Shown one piece after another: positions 1-6,577 of a stretch of DNA of 7,881 bases. This stretch comes from a virus (lineage: Duplodnaviria; Heunggongvirae; Uroviricota; Caudoviricetes), in the IMG/VR virus record IMGVR_UViG_2585427735_000015, one strand, 5' to 3'. The notes beneath the pieces were generated by a model. It made no database searches. It saw only the letters and a program-made list of their open reading frames with translations, and was not told the DNA's origin. The stretch's first letter is position 1. Each line of letters starts with the position of its first letter. Position numbers and translations under genes: made by a program.

Positions 1-2
1 TG

Positions 3-68
3 ACGTACCTGACAAACCTTTATTTCAAGATTAAAGAAGATAAGCGCAAGGCTGCGAGAGGTGAATAA
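3..68 (+). CDS. Holin C-terminus (pinholin S21-like), 5'-partial at window edge
   Basis: Frame ending in TAA at 66-68 reads ...[21 protein letters not shown], a charged C-terminal tail resembling the phage 21 pinholin as I recall it. The stop overlaps the endolysin ATG (TAATG), typical holin-endolysin coupling. Only 21 codons are visible. Confidence 0.5.
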   Translation, partial: TYLTNLYFKIKEDKRKAARGE

Positions 69-565
69 TGCCTCCATCATTACGAAAAGTCGTTGCTGCT
101 GCTATTGGTGGCGGAGCAATTGCTATAGCATCAGTGTTAATCACTGGCCCAAGTGGTAACGATGGTCTGGAAGGTGTCAGCTACATACCATACAAAGATA
201 TTGTTGGTGTATGGACTGTATGTCACGGGCATACAGGAAAAGACATCATGCTCGGTAAAACGTATACCAAAGCAGAATGCAAAACACTCTTGAATAAAGA
301 CCTTGCCACGGTCGCCAGACAAATTAACCCGTACATCAAAGTCGATATACCGGAAACAACGCGCGGCGCTCTTTACTCATTCGTTTACAACGTGGGTGCT
401 GGCAATTTCAGAACATCGACGCTTCTTCGCAAAATAAACCAGGGCGATATCAAAGGCGCATGTGATCAGCTACGTCGCTGGACATATGCTGGCGGTAAGC
501 AATGGAAAGGTCTCATGACTCGTCGTGAGATTGAGCGTGAAATCTGTTTGTGGGGTCAGCAATGA
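68..565 (+). CDS. R: SAR endolysin (phage lysozyme, T4-lysozyme-like fold; phage 21 R / RrrD-type)
   Basis: 165-aa ORF with an N-terminal Gly/Ala-rich weakly hydrophobic segment ([20 protein letters not shown]) typical of a signal-anchor-release domain. E35, D44 and T50 sit at the catalytic-triad positions of R21-type lysozymes. Near-identical by recall to P21 R and the E. coli prophage lysozymes RrrD/RrrQ. Confidence 0.93.
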   Translation: MPPSLRKVVAAAIGGGAIAIASVLITGPSGNDGLEGVSYIPYKDIVGVWTVCHGHTGKDIMLGKTYTKAECKTLLNKDLATVARQINPYIKVDIPETTRGALYSFVYNVGAGNFRTSTLLRKINQGDIKGACDQLRRWTYAGGKQWKGLMTRREIEREICLWGQQ

Positions 566-1026
566 ACAGAGTAACCGCGATTATCTCCGCTCTGGTTATC
601 TGCATCGTCGTCTGCCTGTCATGGGGTGTTAATCATTACCGTGATAACGCCATCGCCTACAAAGAACAGCGCGACAAAAATGCCAGAGAACTGAAGCTGG
701 CGAACGCGGCAATTACTGACATGCAGATGCGTCAGCGTGATGTTGCTGCGCTCGATGCAAAATACACGAAGGAGTTAGCTGATGCGAAAGCTGAAAATGA
801 TGTTCTGCGTGATGATGTTGCCGCTGGTCGTCGTCGGTTGCACATCAAAGCAGTCTGTCAGTCAGTGCGTGAAGCCACCACCGCCTCCGGCGTGGATAAT
901 GCAGCCTCCCCCCGACTGGCAGACACCGCTGAACGGGATTATTTCACCCTCCGGGAACGACTGGTAATGATGCAGGCCCAACTTGAAGGTGCTCAGCAAT
1001 ACATAACCGAGCAGTGTTTAAAGTAA
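562..1026 (+). CDS. Rz: Rz i-spanin (inner-membrane spanin subunit)
   Basis: ATG at 562 overlaps the endolysin stop (ATGA). N-terminal transmembrane helix ([20 protein letters not shown]) followed by a long charged, predicted coiled-coil periplasmic domain. Position immediately after the endolysin and the embedded Rz1 gene match the lambda Rz architecture. The ORF track's GTG at 550 is a less likely start. Confidence 0.9.
   Translation: MNRVTAIISALVICIVVCLSWGVNHYRDNAIAYKEQRDKNARELKLANAAITDMQMRQRDVAALDAKYTKELADAKAENDVLRDDVAAGRRRLHIKAVCQSVREATTASGVDNAASPRLADTAERDYFTLRERLVMMQAQLEGAQQYITEQCLK
782..967 (+). CDS. Rz1: Rz1 o-spanin (outer-membrane lipoprotein), embedded in +1 frame inside Rz
   Basis: 61-aa ORF wholly inside Rz in another frame. 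Signal peptide with lipobox (LVVVGC), then a proline-rich mature region ([27 protein letters not shown]), close to lambda Rz1 / K-12 RzoR as I recall them. Confidence 0.9.
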   Translation: MRKLKMMFCVMMLPLVVVGCTSKQSVSQCVKPPPPPAWIMQPPPDWQTPLNGIISPSGNDW

Positions 1027-1097
1027 AATCTTAACTACAATATGATTCATTTTGATGATTGTTTCATAAGGAACAGTGAAGTAAGATCTAAGAGGAG

Positions 1098-1146
1098 TTA
1101 AATTTTATACAGTATAATCATAATATTGCAGCAAGGTGGTTATAAT
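1098..1146 (+). promoter_or_regulatory. Possible sigma70-type promoter elements upstream of trkG (weak)
   Basis: AT-rich intergenic region with exact TATAAT hexamers at 1113-1118 and 1141-1146 and a TTGCAG at 1126-1131, but no -35/-10 pair with canonical 16-18 bp spacing. Based on hexamer matches only. Confidence 0.25.
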
Positions 1147-1163
1147 TGAAAGAATATTTAGAT

Positions 1164-2621
1164 ATGAATACATCTCATGTAAGAGTTGTTACTCATATGT
1201 GTGGGTTCCTGGTTTGGCTCTATAGTCTTTCAATGTTGCCACCAATGGTTGTAGCATTGTTTTATAAAGAAAAAAGCCTGTTCGTTTTCTTTATAACTTT
1301 CGTTATATTTTTTTGCATTGGTGGCGGAGCGTGGTATACAACTAAGAAATCTGGCATTCAATTACGTACCCGTGATGGGTTTATTATAATTGTAATGTTT
1401 TGGATTTTGTTTTCTGTTATTAGTGCATTCCCTTTATGGATTGACTCAGAACTTAATTTAACGTTCATTGATGCTCTGTTTGAAGGGGTTTCTGGAATAA
1501 CAACAACAGGAGCAACTGTAATTGATGATGTTAGTTCATTACCTCGGGCATATTTGTACTATCGGTCACAGTTAAATTTTATAGGTGGTTTAGGAGTTAT
1601 TGTTCTGGCGGTTGCTGTATTGCCATTATTGGGTATTGGTGGTGCAAAGCTTTATCAGTCAGAAATGCCGGGGCCATTTAAGGATGACAAACTCACTCCC
1701 CGCCTGGCCGATACGTCACGGACACTGTGGATAACTTATTCTTTATTAGGTATTGCTTGTATTGTCTGTTATAGACTTGCAGGAATGCCTTTGTTTGATG
1801 CTATTTGTCACGGGATTTCCACAGTTTCGCTTGGTGGTTTCTCAACTCATAGCGAGAGTATCGGATATTTTAATAACTATTTGGTTGAGCTGGTGGCTGG
1901 TTCTTTTTCCCTGCTATCGGCTTTCAACTTCACTCTTTGGTATATTGTTATTAGCAGGAAAACGATAAAACCTTTAATCAGAGATATTGAACTTCGTTTC
2001 TTTCTGTTAATAGCCTTAGGGGTGATCATTGTTACCTCTTTCCAGGTCTGGCATATAGGTATGTATGACTTGCATGGAAGTTTTATTCATTCGTTTTTTC
2101 TTGCCAGCTCCATGCTCACTGATAATGGTTTAGCTACGCAGGATTATGCAAGTTGGCCCACGCACACGATAGTGTTTTTGCTGTTGTCAAGTTTCTTTGG
2201 GGGATGTATAGGTTCAACTTGTGGTGGAATTAAGTCACTTCGATTTCTTATACTTTTCAAACAAAGCAAACACGAGATAAATCAGCTTTCTCATCCCAGA
2301 GCGTTGTTGAGTGTAAATGTAGGAGGGAAGATAGTTACAGATCGTGTAATGAGGTCTGTATGGAGTTTCTTTTTTCTTTATACTCTCTTCACGGTGTTTT
2401 TTATACTGGTGTTAAATGGTATGGGATATGATTTTCTTACATCATTTGCAACAGTGGCTGCATGTATTAATAATATGGGATTAGGTTTTGGGGCTACTGC
2501 ATCGTCATTCGGAGTGCTTAATGACATTGCAAAATGTTTAATGTGCATAGCTATGATTCTTGGTCGCCTTGAAATTTATCCTGTTATTATATTGTTTTCA
2601 GGTTTTTTTTGGCGCTCCTAA
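1164..2621 (+). CDS. trkG: TrkG, Trk-system K+ uptake membrane protein (TrkH/TrkG family)
   Basis: 485-aa polytopic membrane protein starting MNTSHVRVVTHMCGFLVWLY at ATG 1164, which I recognise as E. coli TrkG, the Rac-prophage-encoded TrkH paralogue. Contains repeated pore-loop-like glycine motifs (GITTTGAT, GGFSTH, GLATQDYASW, NNMGLG). Strongly AT-rich compared with flanking phage genes. The ORF track's 1146 start is a TTG 6 codons upstream and less likely. Confidence 0.93.
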   Translation: MNTSHVRVVTHMCGFLVWLYSLSMLPPMVVALFYKEKSLFVFFITFVIFFCIGGGAWYTTKKSGIQLRTRDGFIIIVMFWILFSVISAFPLWIDSELNLTFIDALFEGVSGITTTGATVIDDVSSLPRAYLYYRSQLNFIGGLGVIVLAVAVLPLLGIGGAKLYQSEMPGPFKDDKLTPRLADTSRTLWITYSLLGIACIVCYRLAGMPLFDAICHGISTVSLGGFSTHSESIGYFNNYLVELVAGSFSLLSAFNFTLWYIVISRKTIKPLIRDIELRFFLLIALGVIIVTSFQVWHIGMYDLHGSFIHSFFLASSMLTDNGLATQDYASWPTHTIVFLLLSSFFGGCIGSTCGGIKSLRFLILFKQSKHEINQLSHPRALLSVNVGGKIVTDRVMRSVWSFFFLYTLFTVFFILVLNGMGYDFLTSFATVAACINNMGLGFGATASSFGVLNDIAKCLMCIAMILGRLEIYPVIILFSGFFWRS

Positions 2622-2707
2622 TATATGGCTGATTTATAATTGTGAGTTTAATATTATGTTGACTCACTCATTGATCCAATACCTAACTTTACCAGCAACC
2701 CCTCCGT

Positions 2708-2742
2708 CCCCAGTAGCACTGGCTGCTGGGGTGCGTTTTATT
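2708..2742 (+). terminator. Rho-independent terminator-like hairpin downstream of trkG
   Basis: GC-rich inverted repeat CCCCAGTAGC (2708-2717) / GCTGCTGGGG (2722-2731), 10-bp stem with one mismatch and a 4-nt loop, followed by TGCGTTTTATT. Lies in the trkG-ynaK intergenic region, 17 nt before the next start codon. Confidence 0.5.
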
Positions 2743-2758
2743 CATAAAGCAAGGCTGT

Positions 2759-3550
2759 ATGAGCGAGAAATTAAAGATAGTCTATCGCCCATTACAAGAA
2801 TTGTCACCGTATGCGCACAACGCCAGGACGCACAGCCCTGAGCAGGTGGCACAACTGGTAGAAAGTATTAAGCAATTCGGCTGGACTAATCCGGTGCTGA
2901 TTGACGAAAAGGGCGAAATTATTGCGGGTCACGGTCGTGTTATGGCGGCTGAAATGCTCAAAATGGATTCTGTTCCGGTCATTGTTCTGTCTGGCCTGAC
3001 GGATGAGCAGAAAAAGGCGTACCGCCTGGCAGATAATCGCCTGCCGATGAATGCTGGCTGGGATGAAGATCTGTTGCGGATGGAGCTGTCGGACCTAATC
3101 AATGCTGATTTTGATGTCTCCCTGACAGGCTTCATCCCGACAGAAATTGATGAACTGTTGACGGATGTTTTGCCCGGTACAGGAAATGAGGAGGAGCCGT
3201 ATACGACGAAAATTGATACGCCTGTTTATGAGCCGTCGGGCGGTAAACCGGATATCAGTGAACTGTACGACGATACGAAAACTCAGGAGCTGATCAGCCG
3301 GATACGTTCGGCGTCCCTTGAGCCTGATATTGAGAAATTCCTCCTGTGTGCGGCAGAACGTCACACGGTGTTTAATTTCAGCAGAATTGCGGACTATTAC
3401 GCTCACGCCCCCTCTGAAATTCAGTGTTTTTTCGAGGAGTCGGCGCTGGTGATCATTGATTATCAGCAGGCTATTGAAAATGGATTTGTCCGGATGACGC
3501 AGCGCATGGTGGAGATCATGCATGGTGGTGAGGAGGAGGAATATGCGTGA
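2759..3550 (+). CDS. ynaK: ParB/Srx-like nuclease-domain protein (YnaK-like)
   Basis: 263-aa ORF. The N-terminal ~90 aa carry the ParB N-terminal domain signature (LSPYAHNARTHSPEQVAQLVESIKQFGWTNPVLID...IIAGHGRVMAA, an arginine motif analogous to ParB GERRxRA). The C-terminal ~170 aa are of unknown function and end in an acidic tail (GGEEEEYA). Gene order trkG then ParB-like matches K-12 Rac (trkG-ynaK-ydaY); the symbol is assigned by synteny and recall. Confidence 0.8.
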   Translation: MSEKLKIVYRPLQELSPYAHNARTHSPEQVAQLVESIKQFGWTNPVLIDEKGEIIAGHGRVMAAEMLKMDSVPVIVLSGLTDEQKKAYRLADNRLPMNAGWDEDLLRMELSDLINADFDVSLTGFIPTEIDELLTDVLPGTGNEEEPYTTKIDTPVYEPSGGKPDISELYDDTKTQELISRIRSASLEPDIEKFLLCAAERHTVFNFSRIADYYAHAPSEIQCFFEESALVIIDYQQAIENGFVRMTQRMVEIMHGGEEEEYA

Positions 3551-4475
3551 TGATTTTTGCGCCTTTATTCTGACTCACGGGCGACCGGACAAAGTTCTGA
3601 CTTACCGGACGTTGCGTCGTGCTGGCTATACCGGGAAAATTTTTATCGTTGTTGATGATGAAGATAAGACACGGAATCAGTACATGGCTGAATTTGGTGA
3701 ACAGGTGCTGGTGTTTTCCAAAGCCGATATCGCCAGTCGTTTTGACGAAGCCGATAATTTCTGTGACCGCCGCTCAATTTTTTACGCCCGTAATGCCTGT
3801 TTCGACCTGGCAAAACTGGTCGGGTGTAAATACTTCATTCAGCTCGATGATGATTATCACGAGTTCCAGTTTCGGGTGGATCGCAACTATGACCAGGCCT
3901 ATTTTCCGATAAGGAAACTGGATGCGATCCTTTCTGAAATGCTGGCGTACTACGAATCAATACCTGCTCTTTCCATCGCTATGTCGCAGGGCGGGGATTT
4001 TCTTGGTGACAATGGCGGCCATGCTTCGTGGGTGAAACGCAAGGCAATGAACAGCTTTATCTGTTCGGTTGATCGACCGTTCTCATTCATGGGGCGCATT
4101 AACGAGGATGTGAATACGTACACGAATCTCGGTCGCTGTGGTGAATTGTTTATGACGATCGGTGCTGTCCAGTTAGGGCAGAAACAGACGCAGAAAAACA
4201 GCGGCGGAATGACCGAGCTGTATCTGGATTCCGGAACCTACGTTAAAAGTTTTTACTCCGTCATGTATGCGCCGTCGTGCGTAAAAATCTCACTGATGGG
4301 TGCCAGCCATAAACGCATTCACCATCAGGTCACCTGGAACAACGCTGCAGTAAAAATCCTTCACGAAAAATACAGGAAGAAGACACCCTGCATATCAATG
4401 GGGGTGACAAATGATTCCGTATTCGAAAGTCGAGTCTCTGGCAGCGTGCCGGATGACTGCACAACAAATCGCTGA
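3543..4475 (+). CDS. ydaY: YdaY-like protein with GT-A (nucleotide-diphospho-sugar transferase)-like motifs; function unknown
   Basis: ATG at 3543 is preceded by GGAGGAGGA (a strong SD, 5-6 nt spacer) and overlaps the ynaK stop (ATGCGTGA). Contains CAFILTHGRPD...KIFIVVDDEDK and ARNACFDLAKLVGCKYFIQLDDDY, which resemble the first beta-strand/DD and ARNxG...DxD motifs of GT-A fold glycosyltransferases. The ORF track's ATG at 3522 lies inside the SD and is less likely. Confidence 0.7.
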   Translation: MRDDFCAFILTHGRPDKVLTYRTLRRAGYTGKIFIVVDDEDKTRNQYMAEFGEQVLVFSKADIASRFDEADNFCDRRSIFYARNACFDLAKLVGCKYFIQLDDDYHEFQFRVDRNYDQAYFPIRKLDAILSEMLAYYESIPALSIAMSQGGDFLGDNGGHASWVKRKAMNSFICSVDRPFSFMGRINEDVNTYTNLGRCGELFMTIGAVQLGQKQTQKNSGGMTELYLDSGTYVKSFYSVMYAPSCVKISLMGASHKRIHHQVTWNNAAVKILHEKYRKKTPCISMGVTNDSVFESRVSGSVPDDCTTNR

Positions 4476-4662
4476 CGTTCTGGATGTTGATCTGAACCGA
4501 CTGAAAGAAAATCGGGAAGCAATGACAGATTTTTATGCGGCCATCCGTAAGGGCAGAGCGAAAGGTGAAGCCGAGTTACGAGCGGCATTGTTTAAGCTTG
4601 CCAGAAAAGGGGATGCCTTTGCTCTGCGCGAACTACTCAGGGTGGATAAAAATCAGGACTAA
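4411..4662 (+). CDS. Small hypothetical protein, helical and charged, possible HTH DNA-binding protein
   Basis: 83-aa ORF preceded by GGGGTGA (4401-4407). Overlaps the 3' end of the ydaY-like gene by 65 nt in another frame; an internal ATG at 4453 (MTAQQIADVL...) would cut the overlap to 23 nt. The sequence TAQQIADVLDVDLNRL looks HTH-like. Ends 3 nt before the terS ATG. Confidence 0.45.
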   Translation: MIPYSKVESLAACRMTAQQIADVLDVDLNRLKENREAMTDFYAAIRKGRAKGEAELRAALFKLARKGDAFALRELLRVDKNQD

Positions 4663-4665
4663 CTG

Positions 4666-5760
4666 ATGAGCAGACCGGACTGGGGGGCGTTGCAGCAGGA
4701 GTATATTGCTGAATACACCCGCTCCGGTATATCTCCGGTGGCATGGTGTGAAGCAAGGGGACTGAATTACGCAACAGCCCGTCGTTACATCAAAAAAACT
4801 CCGAAAAATGCGCAGACAGAAATGTGCAAAACTGCGCAAAAAAGTGCGCAGAAAAAATCTGCGCAGACTGCACAAAAGCGGAACGAAAAATCTCAGGAAA
4901 AAAAGCCAGTATTCGATGCGGGCCTGAATGAGGGCGACGCGGAGGAATTTTCGTTCTGTCCCGATGAATTCGGCATTTCTGACCAGCAGGCTAAGTTTGC
5001 GATGCTTGTTGCTCAGGGTAAAAAGCCGACAGAGGCGTACCGACTAGCCGGTTATGAGGGGCAAGGTGCGACAGCTAACAGCAACGCCAGTCGTATGCTT
5101 AGAAATGCCAGGGTTTTTCGCGCTATCAGCTACTTCCGCAATCAGTACCAGAAACGCTATACCGCAGACCTGGATTTACTAGTGAGTCAGTTGATGGCTA
5201 TTGTCCTGGCCGACCCCAATCAGCTTGCACAATTTCGCCGTGTTAACTGCCGTTATTGCTGGGGCGAGAATCATCTCTACCAGTGGCGCGATATAGCAGA
5301 ATTCGACAAGGCAGCGGCGCAGGCTTCCAGAGATGGCAAACCCGAACCGGAATATGGAGGCCTCGGCTTTGTTGATAACGCCATACCCAATCCGGACTGC
5401 CCGAAGTGCTGCGGTGAGGGAACGGGACAGCTTTATATGGCTGATACCACTCTGCTTGATGGGGATGCGCGGCAATTATATGCAGGGGCAAAATTCGGAA
5501 AATTCGGCGTTGAGATCCTGCTGGAGGATAAGGCTGCCGCCCGGCGTGAATTGTTGCGTTTGTTTTCTGCTGGCGGGGCTTTATGTGCAGATAAACGGCT
5601 ACAGGAACTGGAAATTGAACGGCGCAGAATGGAAAACCAGAAGCTGCGCAAAGAGATCGAAACGGTGGAAGATAATGAACATCCCCAGCCTGTGGCGATC
5701 AATATTAATGTGGTTGATGCCAGAGTAAGGAGTGATGAAGATGATCTCTCCGACGCTTAA
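4666..5760 (+). CDS. Terminase small subunit (TerS), extended form
   Basis: 364-aa ORF with AGGA SD 7 nt upstream. N-terminal HTH-like region (ISPVAWCEARGLNYATARRYIKK) and a segment (GISDQQAKFAMLVAQGKKPTEAYRLAGYEG...ANSNASRMLRNARV) matching the small-terminase family signature as I recall it. Sits directly upstream of, and overlaps, the large-terminase gene. Carries an unusual Lys/Gln-rich repeat linker and a CxxC...CxxCC motif. Confidence 0.8.
   Translation: MSRPDWGALQQEYIAEYTRSGISPVAWCEARGLNYATARRYIKKTPKNAQTEMCKTAQKSAQKKSAQTAQKRNEKSQEKKPVFDAGLNEGDAEEFSFCPDEFGISDQQAKFAMLVAQGKKPTEAYRLAGYEGQGATANSNASRMLRNARVFRAISYFRNQYQKRYTADLDLLVSQLMAIVLADPNQLAQFRRVNCRYCWGENHLYQWRDIAEFDKAAAQASRDGKPEPEYGGLGFVDNAIPNPDCPKCCGEGTGQLYMADTTLLDGDARQLYAGAKFGKFGVEILLEDKAAARRELLRLFSAGGALCADKRLQELEIERRRMENQKLRKEIETVEDNEHPQPVAININVVDARVRSDEDDLSDA
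4808..4876 (+). repeat. Degenerate tandem TGCGCA(G/A)A repeats inside terS
   Basis: Six spaced copies of (A/C/G)TG(C/T)GCA(G/A)A at about 4808, 4823, 4832, 4844, 4859 and 4868, spaced 9-15 bp apart. They encode the AQK/SAQ-rich peptide NAQTEMCKTAQKSAQKKSAQTAQKR. Confidence 0.45.
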
Positions 5761-6496
5761 TGTGCCTCAGGCGCGATTTCTTTCAATGCCCCATAAATTT
5801 AAAGCCTATATTGCTGGTTTTGGCTCGGGCAAAACATGGGTTGGGTGTGGCGGCATATGCAAGGGGATTTGGGAGCATCCAGGTATAAATCAGGGATATT
5901 TTGCGCCAACGTATCCCCAAATTCGCGATATTTTTTACCCTACAGTGGAAGAAGTTGCTGCTGACTGGGGATTGAACGTAAAAATTAATGAGGGAAATAA
6001 AGAGGTTCACTTTTATTACGGACGCCAGTATCGGGGAACCACTATCTGCAGATCGATGGAGAAGCCACAAACGATCGTCGGTTTCAAAATTGGTAATGCG
6101 TTGGTGGATGAACTGGACATTTTGCCGAAGGAAAAAGCCAGAACGGCGTGGCGCAAGATAATTGCACGTATGCGTTATAAGATTGATGGACTTCGCAACG
6201 GTATTGACGTTACAACCACGCCGGAAGGATTCAAATTTGTCTACGAGCAGTTTGTTAAAGCCGTGCGTGAAAAAACAGAGCTGGCCTCACTGTATGGTCT
6301 GGTGCAGGCATCTACTTTCGATAATGAAAAGAACCTGCCAGCAGATTACATTCCTTCGCTTCTTGAATCATACCCTCCAGAGCTGATTAAAGCCTATCTT
6401 CGAGGACAGTTTACTAACCTGACAAGTGGTACTGTTTACCATCAGTTTGACCGGAAACTGAATAATTGCGAAGAAGTGGAGCAGCCAGGGGAGTAA
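5741..6496 (+). pseudogene. Terminase large subunit (TerL), N-terminal ATPase fragment truncated by IS4 insertion
   Basis: Start ATG 5741 is preceded by TAAGGAG (5726-5732, 8-nt spacer). Walker A (AGFGSGKT) and Walker B-like (ALVDELD) motifs typical of the TerL ATPase domain. The ORF stops after ~250 codons at a TAA that coincides with the first bases of the IS4 left end, whereas typical TerL is 450-650 aa and the nuclease domain is missing. Confidence 0.8.
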
Positions 6497-6542
6497 TGCC
6501 GATCAGTTAAGGATCAGTTGACCGATCCAGTGGCTGTGTAAG

Positions 6543-6577
6543 AATCCGGAAACGCTCACTTGTTTCCGGATTTTTTT
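6543..6577 (+). terminator. Perfect 11-bp stem-loop plus T7 tract in the IS4 left end, immediately upstream of the transposase ATG
   Basis: AATCCGGAAAC (6543-6553) and GTTTCCGGATT (6562-6572) are exact reverse complements with an 8-nt loop, followed by a T-run through 6577 and then ATG at 6578. No SD is apparent outside the stem. Confidence 0.55.

Noticed and set aside
137-322. 61-aa ORF on the minus strand
   Set aside because: Antisense to the well-supported endolysin gene, with no start context or recognisable features; a chance open frame.
550-561. GTG start at 550 for Rz (MGSAMNRV...)
   Set aside because: ATG at 562 overlapping the endolysin stop (ATGA) gives the canonical Rz N-terminus; the GTG would extend the overlap into R without support.
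1042-1101. 19-codon upstream mini-ORF (MIHFDDCFIRNSEVRSKRS) in the Rz-trkG intergenic region
   Set aside because: Too short, with no SD or conservation evidence; could be a leader peptide but this is unsupported.
1146-1163. TTG start at 1146 for trkG (MKEYLD...)
   Set aside because: TrkG as I recall it begins MNTSHVRVV at ATG 1164, and the 1146 TTG overlaps the TATAAT hexamer.
1753-1968. 71-aa ORF on the + strand in an alternative frame
   Set aside because: Lies entirely inside trkG in another frame; Cys/Leu-rich composition typical of off-frame translation of an AT-rich membrane-protein gene.
2634-2690. Possible promoter for ynaK (TATAAT at 2635-2640; TTGACT at 2659-2664)
   Set aside because: The hexamers are in the wrong order and spacing for a sigma70 promoter, and they lie upstream of the terminator hairpin.
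2560-2841. 93-aa ORF on the + strand
   Set aside because: Spans the trkG 3' end, the terminator hairpin and the ynaK 5' end in a different frame; incompatible with the supported genes.
2929-3523. Two minus-strand ORFs (2929-3135 and 3095-3523)
   Set aside because: Antisense to the ParB-like gene; Arg/Ser-rich low-complexity translations typical of spurious frames.
3522-3542. ATG at 3522 as the ydaY start (MVVRRRN...)
   Set aside because: This ATG lies within the GGAGGAGGA stretch that makes an ideal SD for the ATG at 3543; the downstream start is more plausible.
3619-3912. 97-aa ORF on the + strand in an alternative frame
   Set aside because: Nested inside the ydaY-like gene in another frame with no independent support.
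4361-4875. Minus-strand ORFs 4361-4588 and 4633-4875
   Set aside because: Antisense to the small ORF and terS; no start signals or domain features.
5179-5728. Four overlapping ORFs (5179-5475 -, 5243-5491 -, 5333-5728 +, 5433-5702 -)
   Set aside because: All nested within the terS coding region in other frames or antisense; the TerS frame carries the recognisable family motifs.
5783-6386. ORFs 5783-6070 (-) and 6162-6386 (+)
   Set aside because: Inside the TerL fragment, antisense or off-frame; the TerL frame carries Walker A/B motifs.
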